Part shown: positions 38,228-49,752 of the stretch, in pieces
Numbering within the stretch: the first letter of the stretch is position 1
Layout of the letters: each line of letters begins with the position of its first letter
Virus record (IMG/VR): IMGVR_UViG_3300040770_000247
Span: 1 to 61,491 of that record
Strand: one strand, 5' to 3'
Length of the DNA stretch: 61,491 nucleotides
From: a virus
Lineage: Duplodnaviria; Caudoviricetes
Program-made: the position numbers and the translations under genes
Notes under the pieces: generated by a model
The model's input: only the letters and a program-made list of their open reading frames with translations
The model's database searches: none
Told to the model about the DNA's origin: nothing

Positions 38228-40021
38228 TTAGGGGAAGCCGTTTGCTTTCATAAGTGCGTCAATATCCCTTTTCCTCTGTGCGCGCTCATCCGAAAGGTTT
38301 TGCGGGGTAGGGTTACCACTACTTAGATCAATGACTGCTTGAGCTTCTTGAACTTTTTCACTCTGCTCCTCTACTCTTTTTTCTGCTTTAGATTTTTCTT
38401 CAGCTGTCTTTGCGTTACGCAAAGCCTGTTCTGCTTTCTCTAGTGTCGCAAGCTGCCTAGCCAGTACTTGCTCACTCTCCCCCGGCTTGTAGTTACCCGC
38501 ACCAATATTGGAGCTATGCGTTAGCTCGCTAACTTTCTTTAGTTTTTCAGTAGCACTCTCAGCCAAAATAGTTCTGTGTTGGTCCACAGCATTTTGTGCT
38601 TGAAGAATTGAATCTACCTTGCCATCCCTCTCCATAATCCTGCGGATATTGGTTTCTAGTTCGGTACCTAAATCAGCATACCCGCTATTACTACTGGTTA
38701 TTATAAGGGCTTGTTTTACAACGGACTGTGGAACCTTTACTTTGAGGTTTCCAAATTCCATAGGCGTGTGAATCATATCTGTAACAACGTCAAACATACC
38801 TCTTTTTTGTAAGTCGTTCCTCCCTGCAGGGTCAAAAAGAGGGTTTCCATCCTTATCTTTTTCTCCCATCCAGCTCAGCAGTACTTCAGGAGAAACTTTA
38901 GACTCTGTAGTCAGCTCCTTAACATAGGGGTTATTACGTGCCACCTCTTCAAATGCCATGTTGTATGTACTATCTCTAGTACTGAATACTTTCTCGATCT
39001 CACCCAGCTTAGTATCAAAAGCGGCCTTATCATCCCCTTGTAGGGTCTCTCGTGTGGCTTCAGCTTGGTAAACAATATTACCGGCTGTGGCAACACTCTC
39101 AGGGCTGAGTGTCTTAAGTGAGGCAACCGATGCCCGCAAACCCTCTTGAATTACTTTAGAGCTTCGTTCCTGAGATCGAACAATATCAGGGTGATTAGCA
39201 AGAGCACTTTGAGCCTCTTGCATCTTATCGGCAGATAGTTGAGATACGTCAATATTGCCGCTTTGATCCACTGCCCCAAACTGTCGAAATACCTCCTGCT
39301 CTGCACGAGATGCAGCCGACTGCACTTGCTCATCTTCTATCATGGCTTCGCGGGTTATGCGGTTGTATGTTTGGGTATCTCGATGCGCTTCCTGACCCTG
39401 GGTGAATAGGGTTGTATTTTGATTAGCTGCGGTGACCTGACGTGCCTCTGCAGAGCCTGCTCGACTATCACTGTTAGCGTCGTACAGATCCTGGGTAAAT
39501 CCCCTCACCTGGGATTGCCCGTATTCGGCTACAGCAGCGTCATCACGGAAGTCGTTTTGCTGGGCTAATGCCTGAGCTTCCTCTGGCTTATTCTGAGCGT
39601 AGAGCGACTTGATCTGATCAATTATCGGGGCTTCACGCTGATCCCGTTGGGTATTCTCATACTCCACTGTTTGATTGGCACGAGTACGCAACGTGTCCAA
39701 CATAGCAGCGTCTGCACCACGAATAGCGCCGCTATCCACCTGCGCACCGTACTGACTGCGCAATGCATCCAACTCACCGGATGCTTGAGCAGCAGCGAGC
39801 TCTTCAGGGGTTTTGAAGGCATTGAGCTTATCGAGGAACTGGTTGGTGTTGTTCTGTTTGGTGTTGTCCCAGTTGGCCTCAGAGGTAGCGCGCTCTTTAT
39901 CTAGGACGCCCTGCAAGGCACCGAAACCATCGTTAAAAGCACCGCGTGCACTGTCGATAATTGAAGCTGCACCTACAGAAGAGTCTCCTTGTAGGGTGCG
40001 CCATGTAATCGGATTAGCCAT
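38228..40021 (-). CDS. Internal virion / ejection protein (N4 gp51-like)
   Basis: MANPITWR start; helical; synteny before vRNAP. Confidence 0.8.
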   Translation of the reverse strand: MANPITWRTLQGDSSVGAASIIDSARGAFNDGFGALQGVLDKERATSEANWDNTKQNNTNQFLDKLNAFKTPEELAAAQASGELDALRSQYGAQVDSGAIRGADAAMLDTLRTRANQTVEYENTQRDQREAPIIDQIKSLYAQNKPEEAQALAQQNDFRDDAAVAEYGQSQVRGFTQDLYDANSDSRAGSAEARQVTAANQNTTLFTQGQEAHRDTQTYNRITREAMIEDEQVQSAASRAEQEVFRQFGAVDQSGNIDVSQLSADKMQEAQSALANHPDIVRSQERSSKVIQEGLRASVASLKTLSPESVATAGNIVYQAEATRETLQGDDKAAFDTKLGEIEKVFSTRDSTYNMAFEEVARNNPYVKELTTESKVSPEVLLSWMGEKDKDGNPLFDPAGRNDLQKRGMFDVVTDMIHTPMEFGNLKVKVPQSVVKQALIITSSNSGYADLGTELETNIRRIMERDGKVDSILQAQNAVDQHRTILAESATEKLKKVSELTHSSNIGAGNYKPGESEQVLARQLATLEKAEQALRNAKTAEEKSKAEKRVEEQSEKVQEAQAVIDLSSGNPTPQNLSDERAQRKRDIDALMKANGFP

Positions 40022-40024
40022 GGG

Positions 40025-40477
40025 TTAGATCCCGTTCTTTTTCATGTAAGAATCTACCGACTCATACGCACCTGGGTTGGAAGCTACACGCGCACGCTGT
40101 CGGTCATCCAGCTGAGTGTTCAGCGTCTTCTTCTGAGCGTTGTAGTTCATTTGGAACTGGCGCTTGTTCTCTTTCAAAGAGTCTTGAGCCATACCGTATT
40201 GCTTCATGCCCATATAGGCCCCACCTAAACCTTGAGCAACACCCAATGCCATACCACCCCAACCATTGGTTTGATTACCTTCGCCGTCTTTACCGCCAAA
40301 AATACCAGAGCGTGAAAACCAACCATCACCCCCTGCCCCATTAAGGGGTGTAGGTCCCATTAAATTTCCGTTATTAGCAGGCATCAAGTTATTTGATCCA
40401 AACTTTAAACCAGACGCATTAAGTGCACTGGTGTAGTCACCCCCATACACGCCTGACTCTTTATCAAAAATACTCAT
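40025..40477 (-). CDS. Virion protein (N4 gp52-like)
   Basis: Gly-rich, NTQLDDRQRAR motif; synteny. Confidence 0.8.
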   Translation of the reverse strand: MSIFDKESGVYGGDYTSALNASGLKFGSNNLMPANNGNLMGPTPLNGAGGDGWFSRSGIFGGKDGEGNQTNGWGGMALGVAQGLGGAYMGMKQYGMAQDSLKENKRQFQMNYNAQKKTLNTQLDDRQRARVASNPGAYESVDSYMKKNGI

Positions 40478-42755
40478 CTTGGAATTCCTCTACTGATTGT
40501 TCAAGGGTAGGTAGCTTTAAGCTCATGGTCACATAATTGGATGCTACTTCCAAACTGGCTGTGCCTATGTTCCCTGCGTGAATTGTGCGGGTAAAGAAGT
40601 CATCAGGAGTCTCACCAAAACGTATCTCAGGAACCTGCCCAATAAAGGCAAAAGGATTCAATAGATCCTGCATTCCAAGAAGTGCCTGAGTTTCTTTTAA
40701 GGTTTCAGACGCAGCATCCGACAACAACTGCAACTCACCAAAGGAGTTCATGATGTCCTTGATACCCTGCTGGTACATATCACCCGCAGCACTCATCATT
40801 GAAGTCGACATCTGCAGCAAGTTAGTGGCCCAGGTAGCATCCCCCATGTAGCCGTAGACACCTACAGCCATACCAACAATAGCGATAGCAATAGCCCATT
40901 CTGGACCTAAAGCTTTAGCTACTTCAGTAATGGCAAACTTCACAAACATCGAAACAATGAATGATTTAATCCATACCCATATCAAAGCTATTGTTGCTGC
41001 GTTAAGTGCGGCAAGCGTAGTCCACACGGCAGGACTACCTGTACCAAAACTGAATATGGTAATTACAACTGCAATGATTATTAATACAATCTTGAACCAA
41101 GATTGGGTGTACCACTTAATCTCAGTTTCTACATACGTGTTAAATACATAGTTTAAAGACCTGCAGTACAACTCCTCTTTCATCGTAGTAGGCATTGTAT
41201 CTGTAATGGATTTATCTAAAGGCACCAGAAGCTTATTGCTACTGCCCTTAGCTGAAGTTCCATACTTACCTTTTATTGGGTACAGCATAGTTAAGTCGTA
41301 TACACGCACCTCTTCATAAAAGGTGTCAGATACTTGTTTCGTGTAGCCAATGTATTTAGAACTTACTGGTGTAGATCCAATGGCTCCAGAAGCAGCATTA
41401 GTGTATTTGGTGTAACTGGTCTCTGTACCCTCTGTACGAGAGCACGTGCCTACATTACCAATTGAGCCTGCTACAGTTCTTTTTCCAATACCTGAGTATC
41501 TAAGTGTTACTTGGAAGTCTGCGTCTTTTATTGCAATAGCTAATCCAGTTTTTCTTAGTATTCCACCACTATCTGATTTAGGGGGGACAGGCCATGTTGG
41601 ATCAACTGCCCCGTTTTCAAACATGCGATCAAAGTACTCAAACAGGTACCGGCACTCAACAGGGCTATCACCATTAGCAGGTACAGCCATAATCATTACG
41701 GCTTGTACTAACTCCGATCCACCCGCACGGCTAATGTCTTTAGCCATTTGTTTGTAATCTAGACCCAAGTAATTAACTAATTTCTTAGATGTTTCATACG
41801 GGGATTTAAACTCAAAATCAGCACCCCCCTGGTTAACCCCATCTACTTGGAAAAAGACAAAAGGAAAGTAACTTCCTAACTCAGTGTTATTTACTTCGTA
41901 AATAGCATCTACTTCAGGGTATACACCTGAGTTATCTAGGTAAGTCCAGCACCCTAACTTAGTGCGCCCGCCCGATGAGTATTGATACATGGCTTGGAAG
42001 TATTCAGTGTCGGTCTCGTACCCACCCATTGGCACAATGATCTTGTCTGAATAAAAGACTTCTTCTACTGTTTCATAAGGACCTACTTGTTTAGGTTCCC
42101 AGGCAGACCAGGAGTAGTGCAGTTCAACCACATCCTCTTCCAGTGATTCATCTACACTCCAGGGACTGTGTTGTATATAACCAGTAATTTGAAACAAGCC
42201 TTGCCCGCGGCGATGGTTAGCAAACCCCACTAAGGCAGAACTGCCCCAATTTTCAAATACTTCAGGATCAGCCACTTCCACTGTTTCTTTAGTAAAGACG
42301 GCTTTGATGTCGTCTAGATATACAGGGTGACCAATGCGTTTAGACAGCGTGGTTATTTCATTGGTTAGATGGTTGTACCCATACTTTTCAATTAACTCTT
42401 TCCACCCCTGATGCACACTATTAATAGGGGCAAAGTGGTAATAAAGCACATTAACTGAAGCACCAATCTCGCGTTCAATAGCTGCTTTAATAGTACCTTT
42501 GCCACTCCCCTTTTCTAAGAACGAGTGGTTCGGTAAACCATAGTGATACTGCGTGCGTCCGTACTCATACATATTATCGGCACGCACAGCGACACTTCTT
42601 TTAAGGCCTTCTAATAGTGATTCGGTAACTTCACCCCCATTAACAATAGCGTCTAGAACAGAGGCTTTATGGGTATGCGGTAAAAGGTTGTCTTCAATTA
42701 CACGCACCACGGCTGTCGTTACCGTGACTTTCTTTTTTGAACTAAAAAGACCCAT
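40464..42755 (-). CDS. Virion structural protein (N4 gp53-like) with C-terminal TM segments
   Basis: MGLFSSKKK start; KWYTQSWFK followed by hydrophobic helices; synteny. Confidence 0.8.
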   Translation of the reverse strand: MGLFSSKKKVTVTTAVVRVIEDNLLPHTHKASVLDAIVNGGEVTESLLEGLKRSVAVRADNMYEYGRTQYHYGLPNHSFLEKGSGKGTIKAAIEREIGASVNVLYYHFAPINSVHQGWKELIEKYGYNHLTNEITTLSKRIGHPVYLDDIKAVFTKETVEVADPEVFENWGSSALVGFANHRRGQGLFQITGYIQHSPWSVDESLEEDVVELHYSWSAWEPKQVGPYETVEEVFYSDKIIVPMGGYETDTEYFQAMYQYSSGGRTKLGCWTYLDNSGVYPEVDAIYEVNNTELGSYFPFVFFQVDGVNQGGADFEFKSPYETSKKLVNYLGLDYKQMAKDISRAGGSELVQAVMIMAVPANGDSPVECRYLFEYFDRMFENGAVDPTWPVPPKSDSGGILRKTGLAIAIKDADFQVTLRYSGIGKRTVAGSIGNVGTCSRTEGTETSYTKYTNAASGAIGSTPVSSKYIGYTKQVSDTFYEEVRVYDLTMLYPIKGKYGTSAKGSSNKLLVPLDKSITDTMPTTMKEELYCRSLNYVFNTYVETEIKWYTQSWFKIVLIIIAVVITIFSFGTGSPAVWTTLAALNAATIALIWVWIKSFIVSMFVKFAITEVAKALGPEWAIAIAIVGMAVGVYGYMGDATWATNLLQMSTSMMSAAGDMYQQGIKDIMNSFGELQLLSDAASETLKETQALLGMQDLLNPFAFIGQVPEIRFGETPDDFFTRTIHAGNIGTASLEVASNYVTMSLKLPTLEQSVEEFQDEYF

Positions 42756-42820
42756 ATCTTACTTCCCACACAAAAGTTAAAAAAAGGGCCAGAAGGCCCT
42801 TTGGTTTCACACAACTTCGA

Positions 42821-43972
42821 TCAAGCACCCGCACCCTCAAGGAGTTTGGTGACTGCACGCCCAACAGTTACGTCATGCAGCATGTTGGTTGAGTTGGCCT
42901 GTGTACCCTCGTCCGTGGTTCGACGTACGTTCCAAGAATCAACCATTAGCTTTGCAGCCTTCTGTTCAGAGTCCCGCTTGAAGCCTTCTGCCTGAGCCTC
43001 GTACAGCTTCTTCTGCTTACCAATTACGCTGTCAACATCAGTGCTGGCACCGTTGGTTTGAGCCATTTCAGTTACCTTCTTCTGTGCCAGCAAGGAGGTT
43101 TCCTGAACCGTCTTGAGCTTCTGCTCCATGAGGACATCGAACTCTGCAGCCAGCTTGCACTGCTGCTTGAGCATGGTGTCGTTCTCAGTGACGGCATTGA
43201 TGTAGGTCTGTCCCAGTAACTTAGTATCCCCATCCACCTTCAGCTTCTGAGAACTCAGCACTGAGCCCTCAATTACTGCGTTGGCTTTCTGCTGCACGAC
43301 CATGGCCGTATCTGCTACGACTTTTGCCTTCTGCTCAACAAGCACCAGGTTTTCAGAGGCCTGGTTAATAAGCTGCTTCACACTGATCTGTGTGTCTGCG
43401 TCGGTTTTATTGACCTGTGCAGTAACCAAAGTCCGTTCCAGAATAACAGTGGCTTTCTGCTCCTTCAGGAGAGCTGCCTCGTCAGCCACTTTGATAACCT
43501 GAGCTGTTACCAGACTAATATCAGTGGTCAGTTTGTCTTTCTGCTTCACTAGCAGATCGCGTTCAACAGCAGCTGTGATTACGTTCTCATTCACCAGCGC
43601 AGTGTCTGCAATCAGCTTGGCTTTCTGCTCAGCCAGCAACAGCCACTCGTTCTCAGCATTCAACTTCTGCTGGCGTGCGAGCTCAGTTTGAGCGCCTACC
43701 AACAGGATCTGTGCCTCAGTGTTGCGCACCTGTGCATCGATCAAAGCGGCTTCATTGGCGGCTTTGTCTTTCTGCAACAGGAACTGCACTGCGGTCTGTA
43801 GCACCTGGGTCATCGAACCCAGGTACACCGTTGAGTATTCCGTGCCTTTGATACGGTTCTTTACGAACTCTTCTTCCAGGTGTGCCTTGGCCGCCCGCAT
43901 GAGAAAGTCAAATGCACCACCCCCTTCAAGGGTGGCTTCGGTCAGGTCATTCAGGGTCAACGGAACACTCAT
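42821..43972 (-). CDS. Virion structural protein (N4 gp54-like) with coiled-coil repeats
   Basis: G.G.FD.LM...RI.G.EY..VY and GF.RD.EQK.AK motifs; about 14-aa periodic middle. Confidence 0.8.
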   Translation of the reverse strand: MSVPLTLNDLTEATLEGGGAFDFLMRAAKAHLEEEFVKNRIKGTEYSTVYLGSMTQVLQTAVQFLLQKDKAANEAALIDAQVRNTEAQILLVGAQTELARQQKLNAENEWLLLAEQKAKLIADTALVNENVITAAVERDLLVKQKDKLTTDISLVTAQVIKVADEAALLKEQKATVILERTLVTAQVNKTDADTQISVKQLINQASENLVLVEQKAKVVADTAMVVQQKANAVIEGSVLSSQKLKVDGDTKLLGQTYINAVTENDTMLKQQCKLAAEFDVLMEQKLKTVQETSLLAQKKVTEMAQTNGASTDVDSVIGKQKKLYEAQAEGFKRDSEQKAAKLMVDSWNVRRTTDEGTQANSTNMLHDVTVGRAVTKLLEGAGA

Positions 43973-43986
43973 TACGGATCACCTGA

Positions 43987-44556
43987 TCAGTCGATTGCTT
44001 GGGCCATGGCCTGGCGTTGAGCCAGTTCACGCAGTTCAGCAGGGGTCAGCTGAGGCAGAATTTCAATGGCAAACTCACGGATGATCTTGCCTTGGCGAGT
44101 CTTGTTGCCGCGGGAGTCTTTACCCGCAACGAAGATCTGGCACTTACGCTCGACCAACTGGTTGTAGATGATGCGAGGCACATGCCAACCGTCTTCAGCG
44201 TTGAACAGCACGTACTTTTTAAAGGTACCCACTGCGCTGTTACCGGTGGTGATGATCTCACCGTCCCACTCTTTCTTAGCGGGGTTCATACAGGTCACAC
44301 GAATTCGTAGGAGCTCACTGGCTTCTTTACGCTTGCGCAGACGCAATGCGCTTTGTGTCTCATCCTTTGGCACAGCAGCTACTGCTGGCTCTTCGGATTC
44401 TTCTGCTTCGCCTTCAAGCTTGGCGTTGATTTTGTCACGCAGCTTTTCCAGCTTGATGGAGGGATGGTAGGAAATGCCCAACTGATCGGCGCGTGCCTTC
44501 AGTACGGTCAGCTCGTCTGGGGTTTCAAACTCTTCTTCTTGTTCAAACTCTTGCAT
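43987..44556 (-). CDS. N4 gp55-like protein
   Basis: LKARADQLGISYHP...CMNPAKKEW motifs; synteny. Confidence 0.8.
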   Translation of the reverse strand: MQEFEQEEEFETPDELTVLKARADQLGISYHPSIKLEKLRDKINAKLEGEAEESEEPAVAAVPKDETQSALRLRKRKEASELLRIRVTCMNPAKKEWDGEIITTGNSAVGTFKKYVLFNAEDGWHVPRIIYNQLVERKCQIFVAGKDSRGNKTRQGKIIREFAIEILPQLTPAELRELAQRQAMAQAID

Positions 44557-44622
44557 CGTAGGTCACACCTTTATCGAAGTAGGGAAGAGGACCCGACCTA
44601 AGCCGGGTCCCCTATTTGCCGC

Positions 44623-45789
44623 TTAGAGCGTGGCTGCGGTTTTGATCAGGGCGATGCGCTCAGGGCGCAGAACCATGAAACCGTAGTACCACTTGATGCT
44701 CATGAAACCGGTCTCACCGTATGGATCGTTACGGTCAGCAGTTTCTTCGCCTGGCTTCTTGTGAGTGATCTTGAACTTCACGGTCTTACCATCGGTTTGG
44801 AAACCGATAGTGGTGAAGGACGAATCGCCTACGACCAGCATTGGGAACACGTCGAACACATCACCCGTTTCGTAGTGAGTAGACGAACCAACAGCACTGG
44901 CACCCGCACCTGCCCACTTCATCATTTCCGGCACTACGACAATGCGGAACTGATCGATCGAACCCACTTCGCCGGTCAGAGTGGTACCGCCAGCGGCGTA
45001 CTTCTCAACGGAGATGAAAGCAGGGTTGTTGTGGAGGTCTTTCAGACCCTTCAGGTGAGGCAGCAGCTCAGAGCCGATGTACATGACGCGAGCAGCGTTG
45101 ATGGTATTGGTGTCCACCATGCGGGTGCCGGTGATCACTTTGGTGTGCTTCGGGGTGCGGTTGTTGTCGAGGTCGATCGACAGACGCAGCAGGTCACCGT
45201 AGGAAACCAGGTCGTCAGCACCAACAGTTGCATTGGAAGTGGCGTTGCCTGCGTACTTGATCACACCAGCAGAGTTGATCAGGTCGATCTGCAGGGCGTC
45301 TTCAGTCATCTCGTTGGCACCGGAAACCATCTCACGGTTGATGTGCTGCCACAGATCCGCGTCAGTATCGAAGTCCATCGATTCCTGGGTGTACTCATCG
45401 AAGAAGCCGAACTTCTCGATGGTGCCTTCCAGTTCTTTACGCTTGAAGCCAACACGGTTAACGCGACCACCGCTTTCCGACAGAACCGGAAGCTTGGCAG
45501 GGATGGAACCGATGTCTTTGCTGGAGCCGTACAGGTTACCGTTGACGCTCACAACACCGGCAGCATCGATACCCTGGTCGTTGATGTTGGCATCGTCGAG
45601 CAGTGGCAGGTAGTGGTAACGCTTGATGGTCTTGCCCATGTTTTTAGGCATGGCAGTGACATCAGCCAACTGGCTGAAATACTGTTCTTTGCGGGCTTCA
45701 ATCAAAGCCAGCTTTTGGTAGTGGTGAGTTTCGAGCTGGGTACCCATCGAGGATGGAGTAACACCTGGGTCGTTATACTTCATGGTCAT
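44623..45789 (-). CDS. Major capsid protein (N4 gp56 family)
   Basis: [36 protein letters not shown]. Confidence 0.95.
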   Translation of the reverse strand: MTMKYNDPGVTPSSMGTQLETHHYQKLALIEARKEQYFSQLADVTAMPKNMGKTIKRYHYLPLLDDANINDQGIDAAGVVSVNGNLYGSSKDIGSIPAKLPVLSESGGRVNRVGFKRKELEGTIEKFGFFDEYTQESMDFDTDADLWQHINREMVSGANEMTEDALQIDLINSAGVIKYAGNATSNATVGADDLVSYGDLLRLSIDLDNNRTPKHTKVITGTRMVDTNTINAARVMYIGSELLPHLKGLKDLHNNPAFISVEKYAAGGTTLTGEVGSIDQFRIVVVPEMMKWAGAGASAVGSSTHYETGDVFDVFPMLVVGDSSFTTIGFQTDGKTVKFKITHKKPGEETADRNDPYGETGFMSIKWYYGFMVLRPERIALIKTAATL

Positions 45790-45804
45790 GGTATAGCCTC
45801 TTAC

Positions 45805-46947
45805 TTACAGGAGTCGGGAATTAAAACTTTTGCTGAATTCCTCATCCGACAAAGAGAGTGGGTTGTAGTCCACTGGAACTTTGTTGGCAGGAACCGCTTT
45901 AGTAGTACTGGCTGCCCGCTTCTTGGCCCGGAGGTTTGGATCTTCTGCTTTCACCGCTGGCTTGATTACTTGCTTAGCTGCGGGTTGCTGTTGCCCTTGG
46001 TTACCCAAGTGGTTAAACGCACCCTTTGCATCAAGCGAGTCACCTACCGTCCGGTACGCTTCAATATCCGAAACTCCTTTCAAGCGTCCAAACATGCGCT
46101 CACGTTCAACTTCATTACTGATCAAGTCGTACACGCCACTCGAGATGTGGTCGTTAATAACTCTCAACAGCTGAGGTGTGTTCACTACCGCCTGCTTACT
46201 TGGGCCATCCCACTTAGTACTGACTACGTTAATTGTTCGTGCGTAGGTCGGTGTTTCTTGAATGCCTTCAAGTACCGAGTCCAGCTCCAATTCCCGATCA
46301 TCAACAGTGTAAGTCTTCGGCTTGTATCCGCTTTCCTTGTTTACATCCATATCCAGTGGATCAATCCCACTGTCTTTAACCAGCTTACTGATTGCTTCAG
46401 GATTCTTTTTATCCAAATCAATCAGGAAGCTCAACTTTTCTTCGCTGAGTAACCCATTATTCTCCAGAAGTTTCATCAACTTCAAATTGGGTTTCAGTGC
46501 TGCCATCTTCTTGTTGTAGTTAGCACCCATCTGCATCAGTGCAACGATGTCATCAGCAGACTTAACTTGCATGTCTTTGCCATTCGCTTTGAACGGCGCA
46601 ACAATCTTCTTGTACTCCGCTTCAAAGTCGATCGCATCAGCGGGTGTGTCTACAGACTTGGGTTCTTCTTGCTCTTCTTCGTCTGCATCTTCAACCGGTG
46701 CGGTGTCTTCTTCTTCGTCAGCAGACTCACCTTCGTCTTCGTCTTCCGGCGTGCCGCCTTCAGCCTCGACTGCGGGTTCGTCAGCTTCCTCAACGTCAGG
46801 CTCTTCTACTTCTTCAGCAGGAGTTTCTTCTTCAGCGGGTAAGTTCTGAAGGTGGGCCTGAAGGTCGAAATTAACCAGCTCGTCATCAGGCATGTCCAAT
46901 ATGGATACAACTTCCTGGTCGTTACCCTGGCTAAGTTCTTCGGACAT
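45805..46947 (-). CDS. N4 gp57-like protein (scaffold / annotated tape measure)
   Basis: Acidic N-terminus; FKANGK...LMQMGANY.KKM. Confidence 0.85.
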   Translation of the reverse strand: MSEELSQGNDQEVVSILDMPDDELVNFDLQAHLQNLPAEEETPAEEVEEPDVEEADEPAVEAEGGTPEDEDEGESADEEEDTAPVEDADEEEQEEPKSVDTPADAIDFEAEYKKIVAPFKANGKDMQVKSADDIVALMQMGANYNKKMAALKPNLKLMKLLENNGLLSEEKLSFLIDLDKKNPEAISKLVKDSGIDPLDMDVNKESGYKPKTYTVDDRELELDSVLEGIQETPTYARTINVVSTKWDGPSKQAVVNTPQLLRVINDHISSGVYDLISNEVERERMFGRLKGVSDIEAYRTVGDSLDAKGAFNHLGNQGQQQPAAKQVIKPAVKAEDPNLRAKKRAASTTKAVPANKVPVDYNPLSLSDEEFSKSFNSRLL

Positions 46948-47300
46948 TATTCAGCGTCCTCCGTCAGCAACTCTTCGCGGGTTTGTTCGTCGGCATCAAT
47001 TGCCTTAGTTGCTTGTGCTGCTTTCCAACGCACAGTGTTGAGGTACGAACTCACTGCACCAATGGCATCAATCTGTTTAATAACAGACTCCTGCTTGGCG
47101 GGAGTTTGCATACTCTCGTCGGACTTGAGGTGCACCAGGCGAACGGCTTCTTGCTCTAGATAACCTTCGATAAAGACTTTCTTAAAGTCCCGGTTAAGCA
47201 TGAGGCGTTCAAGCGAAGTGCCAGCGTCGACAATCTTCTGTGCTTGCTTAATGTTCAGTTCAATTTCTTCTACGGCGGTGGGGTTCATAACTTCTACCAT
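46947..47300 (-). CDS. N4 gp58-like protein
   Basis: N.DFKKVF.EGY..QEA.RLV; synteny. Confidence 0.8.
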   Translation of the reverse strand: MVEVMNPTAVEEIELNIKQAQKIVDAGTSLERLMLNRDFKKVFIEGYLEQEAVRLVHLKSDESMQTPAKQESVIKQIDAIGAVSSYLNTVRWKAAQATKAIDADEQTREELLTEDAE

Positions 47301-47384
47301 TGCTGATAACAGGTAATAGGGTGTGGTTCGGCACGGACAGTAATATAAAACTTACTGTCCTGCACAAGTTTTAATTGAACTTAG

Positions 47385-49520
47385 TTATTGATCCTTATCG
47401 GATTGGCGCTCTTTAGCTGCAATATCCAATAGTTTCAACTGCGCTTGGCTGCGTGCTTGCTCCCCAGACTTCTGAAGATCACGCTCTTGTTTAACGCCTG
47501 ACTCTTGCTCAACAAAGTTAAGGTTCTTCAAGTCAGTGTCACTGCGCAAGTGAGCAGCCTTAGCTTCTTCAGTGCCAGCCTTGTAACCCAACATCTCAGT
47601 TTCAGCATTCTGCTTAGCGGTATCAGACTGCAACTTACCAATCTCAGCTTCCAGTAATGCCAACTCAAGTTCAGCTCTACGCTGAGCCATTGGGTCAGGT
47701 TGTGGTTGGTAATCTTTAATCCGCTTAGCCAAGTCCGGCATCTTTCGCAGGCGTGCAATATCAGCCAAGATCATCTGGCTCATGCTTGGGTCCATGTTGT
47801 TGCCCATGGTCTGTAGCATAAAGGCCAGTTCCTGCGCCTTGTTGTCGTCTTCTTCTGCAGTGCTGATCGAGAGCTTCAGATCGAACTCACCGGCCAAGTC
47901 ATCACGACGAACCTTGATGAACTCATCTTCAGTAATGCGGATCACTTCTTCTTCGGACAAGAACTCAGCATTCATGCTGATTACCTTACGGGCAATCTTG
48001 ACCATGCCTGTACTCAGGCGACGGAGAATGCCAAGCTCACGCTTAGACGCAGCATCCAATGCACCACGTACACCCGCAGCCACATTACCCAAGGAGGCAC
48101 CTGATACACCCTGGCTAAACGACTTAACGCCAGTAAGTGACTCTGCCTCTGTGTTCTGCAACTGCATCATGAACTGAGCCGATTGCGGAATCTCTGGATA
48201 GGTGTGCATGAAGATCGCCTGGCGGGGATCGATGTTGGCGTTGAACTCGTAGTCTTGGCCCTTTTCAAACTTACGTTTGTTGGTGAGGTCCAGGGCATCT
48301 TTACGAATACCTGTCTGCCCGTTGGCCGACTTACCCATAATGTCGATCATCCCGCGAGTGACTGCGCCCAGGACTTTCTGGTTATCTTCCAGCAGTGCGC
48401 CATCAGGCTCGCCATATACCGAGCGACGAACTGGCAAGTAAGGCACCGTGACAAACGGAAGTTTCTTATCAGGGAAGGGATTACCTTCCATTCGGATAAG
48501 CGTACTGCCTACCCAGGCAGCGACAATGGGTTGAAGCACACCAGTGCCGTCAATATCCCAATAGCCCCAATACTCATACACCACGAACTTCTTGCGAGCA
48601 CGGTCATTGAAGTTGAACGTCTTTGCCCCTGTTGACGCTGCGTGGTCGGGTTCACTGAGGATTGAGTTGGTGTCGACATTAATGGCATCCAGGTTCTTGT
48701 ACTTGCCATCTTTCTCTAACGCGGAGACCGATGACTCAAAGCTATAGATAACAAACCCTGCTTTATCCACATCACCTTTGCAGGTGGGATCGATGACCAC
48801 ATTCTGGTAGTGACACACTTCAAAGGTGGGCTGGTTCTTTACAGTCTTAACCTGCTTCTCTTTCTTGTAACCAATGACCGTTGCCTCAACCGGCTGTCCA
48901 TGTTGCATGGTTAAGTCATGGGCTTGCTGCATTTCAGGTGGAACTTCCTGACTGTACTGCTCAGGGTTCTCCTGCTTCATCTGAGCCAGCTGTTCGTGCA
49001 TGGGTGCCATTGCAGGATTAACAGTGAACTCCACATCAGGGACTTCAACTTCCACTGTCTCCTCTTCAAACTCCCAGCCCACACGTACAATCACCGTGCC
49101 CTCATCAACTGCAGTACGTACGTACTCGTCAATGAACGCCACCTTGTCCATCTTGTTGTTGAACTGGTGATTAAGAACTAGCTGGTTTTGTACAGCAGCT
49201 TCTTTGTCTTCCCACGTAGTAGGCGAGACATTGAACAAGTCTTCTGTACTCAGGAAGGGCTCACTGAGTGCAGCGTACCGCCACTCCGCTTGTTTGCGGA
49301 TTAGCTTAGGTACTATCTTGGAGCTGCCTTTAGGTGTGTTCACCTTAGCCTGGCCAGTAACATTTAAGTTATCCAACCAACCTTCTACTGAAGTCTTATG
49401 TTCCTGGTGATCAGCGGAAGCATCGGTTAGATCCTGCTTCAACTGTAAAAGTGTAGGCTCCTTCTTCCAGCTAGTGAGCTTCTTTACTTCCTGATTCAGC
49501 TCTTTAGGAATATCGGACAT
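47385..49520 (-). CDS. Portal protein (N4 gp59-like)
   Basis: PKLIRKQAEWRYAALSEPFL; ESLTGVKSFS.G; ASKRELGILRRL. Confidence 0.95.
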   Translation of the reverse strand: MSDIPKELNQEVKKLTSWKKEPTLLQLKQDLTDASADHQEHKTSVEGWLDNLNVTGQAKVNTPKGSSKIVPKLIRKQAEWRYAALSEPFLSTEDLFNVSPTTWEDKEAAVQNQLVLNHQFNNKMDKVAFIDEYVRTAVDEGTVIVRVGWEFEEETVEVEVPDVEFTVNPAMAPMHEQLAQMKQENPEQYSQEVPPEMQQAHDLTMQHGQPVEATVIGYKKEKQVKTVKNQPTFEVCHYQNVVIDPTCKGDVDKAGFVIYSFESSVSALEKDGKYKNLDAINVDTNSILSEPDHAASTGAKTFNFNDRARKKFVVYEYWGYWDIDGTGVLQPIVAAWVGSTLIRMEGNPFPDKKLPFVTVPYLPVRRSVYGEPDGALLEDNQKVLGAVTRGMIDIMGKSANGQTGIRKDALDLTNKRKFEKGQDYEFNANIDPRQAIFMHTYPEIPQSAQFMMQLQNTEAESLTGVKSFSQGVSGASLGNVAAGVRGALDAASKRELGILRRLSTGMVKIARKVISMNAEFLSEEEVIRITEDEFIKVRRDDLAGEFDLKLSISTAEEDDNKAQELAFMLQTMGNNMDPSMSQMILADIARLRKMPDLAKRIKDYQPQPDPMAQRRAELELALLEAEIGKLQSDTAKQNAETEMLGYKAGTEEAKAAHLRSDTDLKNLNFVEQESGVKQERDLQKSGEQARSQAQLKLLDIAAKERQSDKDQ

Positions 49521-49720
49521 TCGTTTAACTCAGGCCATGATGAATGGCCTAATAGTAAACAATCCAAGTTAGGAACACACATAACATTAAAGTTGGTTAA
49601 TTCAGTGAGGGGTGTAATAGTGGAAGCAGCTCTACGAATGTGAGGTGGTCCTTATCTCCGGGTCAGGCTACGGCAACCTGATATGCACTAATACGTTGGG
49701 ATAACGCCACTGTGCCGCAA

Positions 49721-49750
49721 TAAAAAAGCCCCTTAATTGGGGCTTTTCTT
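49721..49750. terminator. Terminator after the lipoprotein gene
   Basis: AAAAAAGCCCC-TTAATT-GGGGCTTTTCTT. Confidence 0.75.
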
Positions 49751-49752
49751 AT

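Noticed and set aside
44761-46452. 563-aa ORF on + strand
   Set aside because: Antisense shadow of the codon-biased capsid and gp57 genes; no RBS or motifs
47336-47360. Possible LexA box (GGACAGTAA...TTACTGTCC)
   Set aside because: Half-sites are in the wrong orientation for CTGT-N8-ACAG; likely a simple intergenic hairpin
49600-49720. Possible tRNA or ncRNA upstream of portal
   Set aside because: No cloverleaf, T-loop or CCA; only short stems, insufficient to call
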